43,147 nt of DNA from a bacterium (GTDB lineage Archaea > Thermoproteota > Bathyarchaeia > 40CM-2-53-6). The stretch covers positions 1 through 43,147 of the forward strand of contig JAJPJY010000069.1 of the NCBI GenBank assembly GCA_021323995.1, given 5' to 3'. The notes under the pieces are model-generated. The model searched no databases. It saw nothing but the letters and a program-made list of their open reading frames with translations, and was not told the origin of the DNA. Below, piece after piece: positions 28,632 to 38,066 of the stretch (position 1 is its first letter; the number at the start of each line of letters is the position of its first letter). The position numbers were made by a program, and so were the translations under genes.

Positions 28632-29519
28632 ATCATCGCACTGACTTCGCTAGGCGTGATTGGATCAGACCTCTACACGGTCGGAGTCTCACAAGTCGGA
28701 ATACTAGTGAACCCCTACAATGGAGACTTTAGCGGACCAGTGGCGGGACCAACTCTCGCATGGAAAAGCGTCCCATGGATCAATGTGGTCATTGTTTCGA
28801 CCTCGGTTCAGACCATACAGATGGTCGGTCCCGGCAACAACATCAACGTGTTGACCAAAGACAATCTCAATGTCTCGCTAGACGTTACGGTGCGCTACGA
28901 AGTAATGGCGACCAACGTCATTGCGCTCTACAAACGCTATCCCGCGCTATCGTGGGAAGGCGATGCGCTCGTACCCTTGATCAGGTCTAGCGTTAGAGAC
29001 GTTGTCGCAAACTATACTGCTGACGAGCTTCAAGCGGTGAGAGCGCAGATACAGGCGGGCGTAGAAGTCAGGTTGACAACAAGTCTCGCGACTGAACCAT
29101 CGCTCGCGAATGACATTCAGCTAATCGAGATCAACGTTAGGGACATTGTGCTACCGAACAGTTTCCTCGCCGCTATCCAGGCCAAGCTCAACGCTCAACA
29201 ACAACTGCTCCAAGCACAGTTCCAAGCCCAACAATTGATCGTGACAGCTCTCGGCCAGCGCAATGCTACAATCATAGCGGCTCAGGCCTTGGCGAACGCG
29301 ACACTGATCCAGGCAGCAGCCAACGCGCAGTCCATCAGTAGCATCATCTCACAAGTCGAGGCTCAGACAAGAACAACCTGGAATTCGACCCAGGTCGCCG
29401 ATTTCACCAACATGTACACTGAGCTGCAACTACTGAGTAAGCTGACCGGCCAGAACCTGTACATCTTCGTTGGCAGCCCTAATGGCTCACTGATTATTCC
29501 CACCAAGTCAGGACCCTAA
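28524..29519 (+). CDS. SPFH/band-7/prohibitin family membrane protein
   Basis: TM helix, then LTKDNLNVSLDVTVRY, IRSSVRDVVANYTA, INVRDIVLP..AIQAK and a coiled coil; may start at ATA 28542. Confidence 0.88.
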   Translation: MEVTHTINNWSGVQEPESKHSFGSFPHKIAALVLLLIIALTSLGVIGSDLYTVGVSQVGILVNPYNGDFSGPVAGPTLAWKSVPWINVVIVSTSVQTIQMVGPGNNINVLTKDNLNVSLDVTVRYEVMATNVIALYKRYPALSWEGDALVPLIRSSVRDVVANYTADELQAVRAQIQAGVEVRLTTSLATEPSLANDIQLIEINVRDIVLPNSFLAAIQAKLNAQQQLLQAQFQAQQLIVTALGQRNATIIAAQALANATLIQAAANAQSISSIISQVEAQTRTTWNSTQVADFTNMYTELQLLSKLTGQNLYIFVGSPNGSLIIPTKSGP

Positions 29520-30097
29520 ACCTAATTTGCCTAGGTCTGAATTTCCCAACTTTTTCATAAAGGACCTACTTAGCTACCATACCGTCGAGAAACCTCGATT
29601 CGAAGCACCATCATCAACTCTTGTACTTTTGAAGGAACTGGATCCTTCCGGTCCCAGTGATCATACACTTCGAGAACTTCTCTAACAAATCCCGGTGCAA
29701 GTTCAACGTATTCATTCGTCTCCGGGACGTGTAGTGGATTGTGCGTATTGATTCTGTGGTGCCTCGTTCGAAGACCCAATTGTTTCTGACTCAAGAGAAT
29801 TAAGAAGACTCTTAGCCAATAGAGGGGTGCAAACCTGATTTCGGTCGAACATGATCCGTCGCTTTGAAAGGAGGCTCAAGTCGAGCAGAGCCATATCGTA
29901 GTCGAATCTTTTCACAAAGTGGAACAAACAAAAAAAAAACGCAGTCTTCAGAGGGTTTTTGCGGACAGTATCGCTTTTGTAATGACGGAGTATGAGTTTC
30001 TCAACTAGTTTCTAGAAGAGAGAGCGGAGAAGGCGAATGCTGAACGAAGCCAACTATATCTATTCGCAAAATCAGCCCTTGAAGCTGACTGTATGAA

Positions 30098-30229
30098 TTG
30101 ACGAGTCTCAACACGGTCATCTTGATCGTTGGAGTTACCATAGTCATAATTGCCGTGGTGATTACTGTTCGTGTCTTGACTGGGCGAGGCTGGAGCAATC
30201 TATCCAAGAAACCTGAAAAGGAATCTTAA
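30098..30229 (+). CDS. 43-aa single-pass membrane peptide (absent from ORF track)
   Basis: MTSLNTVILIVGVTIVIIAVVITVRVLTGRGWSNLSKKPEKES*, a TM helix with a basic tail. Confidence 0.45.
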   Translation: MTSLNTVILIVGVTIVIIAVVITVRVLTGRGWSNLSKKPEKES

Positions 30230-30309
30230 ACAGAACAAGTGCCGAACGTATTCACTAGAAATTTATGCTCCGAGAATTAGACGAAGCCTTAGGACCCGCA
30301 GCTATTCCG

Positions 30310-30711
30310 CTACTTGCTGGGTGAGGGCGTGTTCTTGCCGAAGAAGTTCTTTGGACCCGGTCTAGTAAGATAGACTGGGATGACTATTCCGGCGATGGTT
30401 CTGATGATGCCGCCGATGAATCCGATGTTGCCGCCGTAGAGGATCTCAGCTATCCCGAGCCCTATCGATATGATGTAGATTACGATGCCCGCCATCCACG
30501 CCCATTTTGCTCCAGTGTAGAATCCTGCGCCCAAGGTGAGGCCAAAAATTCCAAATATGACCACTATGATCGCCAGGACTATGGGTCCGGAGGCATTGCC
30601 TGCAAGAACTGAGGCTCCTCCAAAGAGCGAGAGCAAGCCGCCGGCGGCAGCAACTATTGCAATTATCGTGACACCGAGAGGCCTTTTGGGCTTCGGCCCA
30701 ACTGACGCCAT
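30310..30711 (-). CDS. 4-TM membrane protein
   Basis: KRPLGVTIIA..G.KWAW..YL.RP..K.FF pattern common in archaeal small membrane proteins. Confidence 0.75.
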   Translation of the reverse strand: MASVGPKPKRPLGVTIIAIVAAAGGLLSLFGGASVLAGNASGPIVLAIIVVIFGIFGLTLGAGFYTGAKWAWMAGIVIYIISIGLGIAEILYGGNIGFIGGIIRTIAGIVIPVYLTRPGPKNFFGKNTPSPSK

Positions 30712-30742
30712 GATTGTTGATTGAGAGGTCGAAAGATAAGAC

Positions 30743-31021
30743 TTAGCTTGATTCGATGGATGGCTTCGTCTGTTTGGAATTTCTTGAGAGTACTAAGAGT
30801 CCAGCTCCGTATCCGATTGCTAGCGTCTCAAGGACTTCAAGAGCATTGACGACGGGTCCAATGTAGATACTGGTCCCGGGAAAAGTATGATCACATGGTG
30901 GTGAGCCGTAAGGAAGAGCGGGGCAAGATCCGAAGTCTTCGTTCGCGAAAGCAACGGCCAGAAAGAATGATCCTGCTCCTATAGCAACTAGTGTCAACCC
31001 GACTGCCTTGACCCAGTTCAA
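30743..31021 (-). CDS. Two-TM protein with Cys-Cys loop
   Basis: TM, CPALPYGSPPC, TM. Confidence 0.55.
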   Translation of the reverse strand: MNWVKAVGLTLVAIGAGSFFLAVAFANEDFGSCPALPYGSPPCDHTFPGTSIYIGPVVNALEVLETLAIGYGAGLLVLSRNSKQTKPSIESS

Positions 31022-31195
31022 ACGACTCTACGCCTAGTTGGGTCCTAGGTGATTCGAAGAGGATTCTGTAACCATCCTATATTTCTCCGCGCCATTTCTT
31101 CAAAGGCCCTGCGAGGGATTGAGGATTATCTTCATCATGGCTTTTATATCCAAAACTAGGCGTTAGAGAGCAGACCCTTTCAGAGTTGATTTGAC

Positions 31196-31675
31196 ATGCA
31201 GCTATCAGGCTATTCGGCTTCAAAAGGGCTGAAGGCTGGGCTAGTCGGCGGACTTGTCGGAGGAGTCGTACTGGGCATATTCGCACTTGTGGGCTCAATG
31301 GCTCTGGGACAAGAAGTTCCCTACGTTACAATAGCCAGGAACATGGGTTTCGGCGACTTTGCCGTTGCAGGAGGCTGGATTCTCCACTTCATCGTGAGTC
31401 TGGTTGCTGGCGGAGTGTTCGTGGCCGTGACGGGTGTGGTCAAGCGCCTCACTCTCACAACAGCCCGGAAGAGCCTCTGGGTCGGCGCATTGGCAGGAGT
31501 GGCTGTGTGGATTGTTGTCGACGTCCCAGTGACAGGCCTTTGGGCTATTGCAGATCTCACAAATCCGAACTTTGCCGTAGGTACGTTCATCCTGCACATC
31601 GTATACGGCATAGTAACTGCACTGGTTGCAGTCGTAATCCTCCGACGCAATGTCTCAACCCTGACCAAAGCATAA
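31196..31675 (+). CDS. 4-TM membrane protein with two intramembrane His
   Basis: GWILHF and LHIVYG motifs. Confidence 0.75.
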   Translation: MQLSGYSASKGLKAGLVGGLVGGVVLGIFALVGSMALGQEVPYVTIARNMGFGDFAVAGGWILHFIVSLVAGGVFVAVTGVVKRLTLTTARKSLWVGALAGVAVWIVVDVPVTGLWAIADLTNPNFAVGTFILHIVYGIVTALVAVVILRRNVSTLTKA

Positions 31676-31713
31676 CAGCAATTATTTGCGACCGCTAGGA
31701 CCTGACAGCCGTA

Positions 31714-32103
31714 ATGGAACTACCTGTTCAGCCAGCCTCGCAAGGGTCCCATGGGAGAAACTATGAGCGAGCTCCCTGGTGCTACCTACTCTGGGGCGTC
31801 CCCGTTGTGCTCGCAATAGGGGCCAACGAAGCCCACGACTTCTCCGGACTATCCATAACCGCAACAGGAGCCCTCTGGGTCACGGCCGTCGCATGGGCCG
31901 GAATAGGCTGCTTGATAAACGGACGAACCTGCGGCAGGGTCCACTGCAGAATAGACGGAATCCTATTTCCAGCACTAGCCATCATCGGCGCGCTCAACTT
32001 GCTGATGGTAATCTCGTTCGGCTGGAACCTGTTCTGGCTCGCCTTCATAGTGATCTTGGTCGCGAGCTTCATTCCAGAATGGACATGGAAAAAATACTCC
32101 TGA
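31714..32103 (+). CDS. Membrane protein with conserved Cys/His cluster
   Basis: LLWGVP..GIGCLINGRTCGRVHCRIDG. Confidence 0.7.
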   Translation: MELPVQPASQGSHGRNYERAPWCYLLWGVPVVLAIGANEAHDFSGLSITATGALWVTAVAWAGIGCLINGRTCGRVHCRIDGILFPALAIIGALNLLMVISFGWNLFWLAFIVILVASFIPEWTWKKYS

Positions 32104-32359
32104 ACCATCCTTACCGCCGTGAAGCCCTATTTATCCAAATAAAACCGTAACGTGCTACCACATCTTGAGAAAGACCACAAGGAACAGTCGGGTACTTCGA
32201 ACCCATCGCCATGATCCTCGACCTTCTCGCACCTTCTCCGAAGCTGGCTGCGTAGGGAGGGCCATCAATGGCGTTATGAAGAGTTCGTTCGCCATTAAGG
32301 CCAGTGAGTTGATCTAGAAGACTGGAATGAGACAGGGATTTCTAACACCTTACGTTAGC

Positions 32360-32514
32360 GTTTCTGTGCAAAGACGGCATTTCATGCTCACTCCACTAAT
32401 GTCTTTGGAGAAGCAGTTATTACTCTAGTGGCAGTGATCCTCGACAGAGTCATGCATCTGGTCGTCCTGATCGAACTGGAGAGAGTAGCGGATTGTTTCT
32501 GTGCAAAAACGACA
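32360..32514 (+). repeat. Two 20-bp direct repeats upstream of the recombinase-HEPN gene
   Basis: GTTTCTGTGCAAAGACGGCA (32360-32379) and GTTTCTGTGCAAAAACGACA (32495-32514), 18/20 identical. Confidence 0.7.
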
Positions 32515-32571
32515 GGCCCGACACTCAAGCTGAAACTTTAAGCTGAATTCATCAGTATTCTGAACCTAGCG

Positions 32572-33492
32572 ATGGGCAAGCGACCGATTCCAGAACTTAC
32601 GAAAGACCAGATTCGTCATCTACTTGAAGTCATAAGAACATCAAAGACAGAGACCACCAAACGAGACTACCTCATCTTTAAACTGATCATCGAGCACAAC
32701 TTCAAACCTGGCTGGGTCGTGGGAGTAGACCAGCCGGTTAGAGACGTAGAAGATGGTATCCACATTGAAGACCTTGTCGGCGATTCCAAGGTACGAATAC
32801 GAGTGTGGAGCGGACAAACGAAGGAATCTGCTGAGATTGACATTACCAAAGAGACAATGAAAGAACTTCGTCGCTACGCTGGCGACAGGAAGGTGGGTAT
32901 GCTGTTCGACCTCACCGTGGGCCGTATCGAACAGTTGACAAAGAAGTATTGTGAAGAAGCCGGAATTCCTTCGAAGCATGTTCGCCCCGAGACACTTAGG
33001 AATCGATTGAACCCGAGCAGGCCCATTTCGTTTCAGGTAGAACTTTCGTGGGTGGAAGACGACATAATGAGACAAGCCCAACGTATGACGTACTATTATC
33101 TACTGAACTATTGCATCGAGAACAGCATACGCCGCTTGGTCTCGAAAACGCTAGCGAACAAACATGGCCCTGATTGGTGGACTAAATGCACGTCCCCCGA
33201 AATACAGAAACACGTTGACGACACACGAAGTGAGGAAAGGAATCTCCCGGGAGCCATTAGGTCGGAGAATCCTTTGGATTATCTGTTGCTTCGAGAGCTA
33301 TGGGACATTATGAAGGCCAATTGGGCCGACTTCTCGGATAGAGGATTGAATAGGCCCGCGATGAGCCACGCGTTTCTTACACTCAACCAGCTTAGAAGAG
33401 TGATCGCCCACAACGTCGAGCTGCCCGAGAGAGAGAAGAAGAGATTCGAGATCTTTGAAGCAGATTGGCGTGATCTATTAGTAGGCTATTAG
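32572..33492 (+). CDS. Fusion of a degenerate tyrosine-recombinase-like domain and a Swt1-like HEPN domain
   Basis: N-terminal LTKDQIRHLL..RDYLIFKLI..HVRPETLR; C-terminal Y.L.YCIENSIR..GPDWW..DYL...EL..I..NW..F..LRRVIAHN; TTTAAG box about 30 nt upstream. Confidence 0.75.
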   Translation: MGKRPIPELTKDQIRHLLEVIRTSKTETTKRDYLIFKLIIEHNFKPGWVVGVDQPVRDVEDGIHIEDLVGDSKVRIRVWSGQTKESAEIDITKETMKELRRYAGDRKVGMLFDLTVGRIEQLTKKYCEEAGIPSKHVRPETLRNRLNPSRPISFQVELSWVEDDIMRQAQRMTYYYLLNYCIENSIRRLVSKTLANKHGPDWWTKCTSPEIQKHVDDTRSEERNLPGAIRSENPLDYLLLRELWDIMKANWADFSDRGLNRPAMSHAFLTLNQLRRVIAHNVELPEREKKRFEIFEADWRDLLVGY

Positions 33493-33616
33493 CGATCAAG
33501 AACTAGACAATCTTGAATTAAGACCCTCTCAGGGATTTGGCCTGTAGAAGCGAGACCCGAGCAGTTTCGCCCTTGTGTCTGAGCAATAGCCGAAACATTG
33601 CTCAACTCTACAGACC

Positions 33617-33961
33617 TTGGGTCAGCGGAGCGGCTGGTGCGAGCGACTACGCGTCAACCCCTCACGAATGGAACAAGAACTCGCGATCAGGCTACAAGAA
33701 GATGGAATACGCTACCAGACACAGGTCGAGATATCAGTGACGACGGCCGACTTCTACTTCCCGCTGGAGTCTAGACCCTTGCTAGTGTTTGTCGATGGTC
33801 GGGTCCCTCTTGGAACCACGCAGATGATCAAGGACGAAGAGTTACGGTCACTGTTACGGAAGAGAGGATACAAAGTCCTCGAGCTACACTACAAGAACTA
33901 CTCGGATAATGCAAGGGACAATTTGTATGGCAAGCTAATGGAGTGCATAGGCGGGAGATAA
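33617..33961 (+). CDS. DUF559/Vsr-like PD-(D/E)xK endonuclease, possibly decayed
   Basis: PS.ME..L..Y.TQ..ADFY..VFVDG..KD..L..RGYKVL; Pro at the usual His position after DG. Confidence 0.65.
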   Translation: MGQRSGWCERLRVNPSRMEQELAIRLQEDGIRYQTQVEISVTTADFYFPLESRPLLVFVDGRVPLGTTQMIKDEELRSLLRKRGYKVLELHYKNYSDNARDNLYGKLMECIGGR

Positions 33962-34119
33962 TTCCTCTATTTAGATCTCACCGTTTCGCCCTATGGACCG
34001 ACTCATGCCATTCTCACGAACGGTCGATTCTGCTATCCCTTGGTATCCAAGGACTGAGTTGTAGGGACTATTCTTATTTACCCATATCTGCAGATTTTTG
34101 GTCGAGAACTTAGAATCCG

Positions 34120-34485
34120 ATGTCCCAGTCAGCAAGGTTCTGTCCGAACTGTGGCCGAGCTAGTAGCTCCAAATTCTGTCCTTACTGTGGCGCCAGCATG
34201 CAAACTCACTTGTCTCAAGTGCAGCCCCAACCTCAGATCGTCTATGCCAAGAAGGTCAGTCATCGTGGCGCGATTTTAGGTATTGTCTTCCTATTGCTGG
34301 TGGTAGGGTTCTTTGTACTGCCCATTGTCAACATTGAGTCAGTGAACATTGCAGTTGCAAATGTGTCAGTGACCGGTTCTGTATCGTATGCTCTGTTTCA
34401 ATGTGGAGAAGTGCACCTGACTGGGTCAACTGTCGGCGTCTCCGTAGATCGATACGAATGGGTTTGTGGGAGTCAAGCTCCCTAG
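34120..34485 (+). CDS. Zinc-ribbon membrane protein
   Basis: FCPNCG..KFCPYCG, TM helix, short Cys-containing outer domain. Confidence 0.75.
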   Translation: MSQSARFCPNCGRASSSKFCPYCGASMQTHLSQVQPQPQIVYAKKVSHRGAILGIVFLLLVVGFFVLPIVNIESVNIAVANVSVTGSVSYALFQCGEVHLTGSTVGVSVDRYEWVCGSQAP

Positions 34486-34500
34486 GACGGGCTGAAGGCC

Positions 34501-35595
34501 GTGGCAGAATTCGATAGGCGCTTTTGTCCTGATTGCGGTGCAGCGGTTCTGAAGGGTACCAGCTTTTGTGGTGATTGTGGGCATCGGATCTCGTTCTCCG
34601 ATTCGGCTTCTCCTGAGAAACCTAGTGATCAGTCTAGTTCAATCCGGAATGCTAGTACGAAGGAACCATCGCCAAACATTCAGGTGCAAAGACCCTATTG
34701 GACCGCCGCAAAGGTCGTCGGATTGGTTCTGGTCATGTTCATAGCCGTTTCTGCTGTGGGTGCCGGAGTATACTACACACTTTCCAAGGGCCAAACCGCG
34801 ACTGGAGGATCTGATCATTCATGCTCCTCAGGTCAAACTCTCGTAAATGGCTCGTGCTATGCCAACTGTAGCAATGGCGCGACGAATCCACCAACATGCG
34901 ATCAAAACTCGCAATGCAGCGATGGCGCCATCAATCCACCTCTATGCACAGTCTACTCCAGTTCAGTTTCGTTATCCTGCACACCAACTGACGGTTTTTA
35001 CAGCGGTAATGTCGGGACCGGTCAAGGCCCATTTGGCGCATATTGCACCGCGACCGTGACTGATAGGACGATACCTACAGGAACCGTCGGATGGTCTAGC
35101 TATCAGGCTTTGGGTGGAAGTAGCACGTGTACTCTTATCGGGACTTCCGGCTCAACTTCAGCATGTAGCGACACGCTTACTCCGGCACAGCCTACCAACG
35201 GATATCTTACGCACATGACAGTTCTTGCAAACTACCAAGGTGACAATAGTCACACTAGCAGCTCAGTATCCAGCACTCTTACGGCACCTTCAACGGTAAC
35301 CCTCAGCGGAACCGCAATGTACCAGCCTGGTTGCATTGGTTGCTCGGTGACGAGCGTAGTAATAGTCAACTCCGGAACTCACCAAACAACCACAATAACT
35401 TCAAGCACTTGTCCGGGGAACAGTAACTGGTGCTTCACAGTTTCATTGCCCAACCTTCAAAATTATACCGTGCATGTCTATTACAGTGGAACCTTTGGTT
35501 CCGGGGCCTGCAACTCAGTTGGATCCAATCCGAACTTCTACGTTGACATCTACCAATTCAGTAATACAGCCGGTGGAAACTTCGACTGTGCATGA
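34501..35595 (+). CDS. Zinc-ribbon, TM and Cys/Thr/Ser-rich extracellular domain protein
   Basis: FCPDCG..FCGDCG, TM, CSNGATNPPTC/CSDGAINPPLC repeats, Ig-like ANYQGD motif. Confidence 0.75.
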   Translation: MAEFDRRFCPDCGAAVLKGTSFCGDCGHRISFSDSASPEKPSDQSSSIRNASTKEPSPNIQVQRPYWTAAKVVGLVLVMFIAVSAVGAGVYYTLSKGQTATGGSDHSCSSGQTLVNGSCYANCSNGATNPPTCDQNSQCSDGAINPPLCTVYSSSVSLSCTPTDGFYSGNVGTGQGPFGAYCTATVTDRTIPTGTVGWSSYQALGGSSTCTLIGTSGSTSACSDTLTPAQPTNGYLTHMTVLANYQGDNSHTSSSVSSTLTAPSTVTLSGTAMYQPGCIGCSVTSVVIVNSGTHQTTTITSSTCPGNSNWCFTVSLPNLQNYTVHVYYSGTFGSGACNSVGSNPNFYVDIYQFSNTAGGNFDCA

Positions 35596-35737
35596 CAAGA
35601 ATGGTATCGAGGTTGGTCTGAATCTGTCCGACGAAGTCAACAACCACGAACATCCTACGATAACTTACAAAGCCGATCGGCGTCATCTGTATTAGGCCAA
35701 TAATCCTCTGTTGCAATTGGGTTTGGGAGGTCATAGC

Positions 35738-35896
35738 ATGGGGTTAAGCAATGAGGAGCTGGCAGGATATTGGTGTCCCCAATGCGAAAAGTCCGAATTT
35801 CTTGAGGGCTACCCTGAGCATGGACGGGCGTGGTGCGCGAACTGCGGCTTTGCTGCCAGTACTAGAGACTGGAAAGATTGCATTTCTCTTTTTTGA
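35738..35896 (+). CDS. Small zinc-ribbon protein
   Basis: GGAGGT RBS; CPQC..CANCG. Confidence 0.6.
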   Translation: MGLSNEELAGYWCPQCEKSEFLEGYPEHGRAWCANCGFAASTRDWKDCISLF

Positions 35897-36194
35897 CCTT
35901 GAAAGTTATCGAGGTTCTAGCGGACCGGAAACTCAGACCGTTCCATCCTTCGTTCTTGAATTAGTCGCTTGATTCGTTCTTGTTTGGGGGCTGAGTCCAG
36001 CACTATGTCCAGCCTTGATTTCCACGAACACCACTTCATGGCTACGTTGGTCTAGACATTGCTGATTGTTTTTCCGTGTCGCCTACATGCCGGGTCAACA
36101 GATATCGTGGGATAGAATTCGATTCAGGAAATCCTTTTATTCGTATAATGTTCGAACACGTTAATATTCCAAAATCGGGAACAGAGGTGATTAG

Positions 36195-36815
36195 TTGAAC
36201 GCGTTCACGATAATCGGGATTACTGCAATCACCCTGCTTTCAATCATGCCAATAGCCAAGACCGCACCGCCTACTCTTACGATTCAATCACTTTCAAATC
36301 AGATCACGCTTGTCCCATGGGAGCGGGTAATACAGAATCAAACTAACACCGGATCCGGGTTCATAGATTTCTGCGGTGTACCATCGAACCCAACCGCACC
36401 ACCTTGGTACGCTACGTACGCGGCTGGTTACAATTTCACGATCAGTCTGAATGGAAAGGATCCGGGATCTACTTTCATCAACTTCAAGTCCGGCATTGCC
36501 GTACCCGCCATTTCTAATGGAATGTTGTGGGTTCTCTACAACTCATCTGACATTTCAATGCCGTTGATTCGGGCCTATTGTGACTATCAATACTACGGTT
36601 TCCTTACTTCTAGCTCAGAAGTCGAGATCTACACTAAGGCAGTAACGGCCCTTTCGATAGCACCCTTCGTCGACACAAACTCGTGGCGAGTTCCTAACTC
36701 TGGCACGTATACATTCTTGCAGTTGTTCAGTTGCTCATGCCAATCAAATCAAGTGCTCACAAATTTCGCTAAGATCAACGCTACAGCCACTTGGACAGTG
36801 ACAACGTTGTCATAG
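36195..36815 (+). CDS. Secreted hypothetical protein
   Basis: GAGGTGA RBS, signal peptide, beta-rich domain; T-tract follows at 36852-36858. Confidence 0.7.
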   Translation: MNAFTIIGITAITLLSIMPIAKTAPPTLTIQSLSNQITLVPWERVIQNQTNTGSGFIDFCGVPSNPTAPPWYATYAAGYNFTISLNGKDPGSTFINFKSGIAVPAISNGMLWVLYNSSDISMPLIRAYCDYQYYGFLTSSSEVEIYTKAVTALSIAPFVDTNSWRVPNSGTYTFLQLFSCSCQSNQVLTNFAKINATATWTVTTLS

Positions 36816-37760
36816 AGTTGTCGAGCCTATTCACATTCTTCCTCTCAACCCTTTTTTTGACCTAGTTTCGGTAGCAAGACCACGCGACCTGTAAAATGCA
36901 GGTCTTTTTGTCGCCCATCATACCGGGTAGCTGCGAGTGCTCGCTTCGGGTTCTGTTGAATAAGCACGGCTTAGACCCTTGCCGCAATCAAGGCGTGGCA
37001 AAGGTTGAGAAACAGGTTACAGAACAGCTTTCCAAATCGATAATCGGAAATTACTATCCTGGACACGTTCTGAAACGGGTACCCAAAACAGCGCTTGGAA
37101 CTCGCGTCCGGAAACGTGTTCTGAAAACGACTATCGTTAACTATTCTAGACCCCCCCGGGGCCTATCCAGGTCTCGCGAGACGCTTCACAACCCGCGACA
37201 AGATCCACGTTCTACGATACTATGTTTCTGAGTAGAAACGGTAGAATCGGTCCTTGGACTCGCCCAGAACAAGCCGCGATCGCAATTCACGGCATAGTTT
37301 TTGACCTAGGCGTATTCTGCACGTTCACCGGGACGCTAACCGCTACGATCCTAGAAACACTCGACCAGCCAGATCTGCCGCCAGACTCGAAAAATTCGCC
37401 CAAAACAGTTTCAACCAGCAAGACCACTCTCTAAATTTCCCAATCCTCATTCACTCGCGACACAAAAGTGGTCTTTGGAGGAGAACATTGTCTATGATTC
37501 GCCAGGGAACAGATCCCGATTCGTGATCTGGAGGGTTGGGCCCGATACTGCCTTCGTTAGCCCGTTTCGTAAGCGTGAAAGGGCCCTACCGGCGATAGGA
37601 AACAAGCTTGGACTGATCGAAAGCAAAAATTCTCCCGCGAGACAAAACATTGTTTCCGGACCCTCGTAAGGGAAGGATCGTCCCCAAGGACCCATTGTCC
37701 CCTAAAGGCCCCTTCGCGGTTACCATAGATTCTTTCTTTCGTCTCGACCATCGAAACCCG

Positions 37761-38066
37761 GTGAACCTTCCGACGAAGCCACAAACCCTAATCGCACTCT
37801 TCACCGCAGTTGGCATCCTTTTGGTATCGTTGGCCTTCTTAATTCTCTCAAGTGATCAAGTCTCATCTTGCACCATTATCATTCCCGGACAGCCCTACAC
37901 GTGTGGCACGCCCACGATAATTGCCAATCCACCCACCACGCTCGCATTCGGAGTACTCACTGCGCTTGGCGCACTAGCCCTTGGGGCCGGGACCTTTATG
38001 CTTCTCACATTTCTTCGAAATAACCGAACAACCTCCCCGACTGACAAAAAGCCCCTAACCGAATGA
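37761..38066 (+). CDS. Two-TM protein with Cys-Cys loop
   Basis: GTG start; TM, CTIIIPGQPYTC, TM, basic tail; converges on the tRNA. Confidence 0.55.
   Translation: MNLPTKPQTLIALFTAVGILLVSLAFLILSSDQVSSCTIIIPGQPYTCGTPTIIANPPTTLAFGVLTALGALALGAGTFMLLTFLRNNRTTSPTDKKPLTE

Noticed and set aside
29570-29927. Two short minus-strand ORFs as a toxin or frameshifted gene
   Set aside because: No recognisable motif or start signals; a call cannot be supported.
32185-32210. tRNA T-arm-like GGGTTCGAAGTACCC as an att remnant of tRNA-Ser
   Set aside because: The match is too short and gapped, and there is no acceptor-stem similarity.
37020-37140. ORB elements / replication origin
   Set aside because: Only partial TTCC..GGAAA similarity, no full ORB consensus and no cdc6 nearby.
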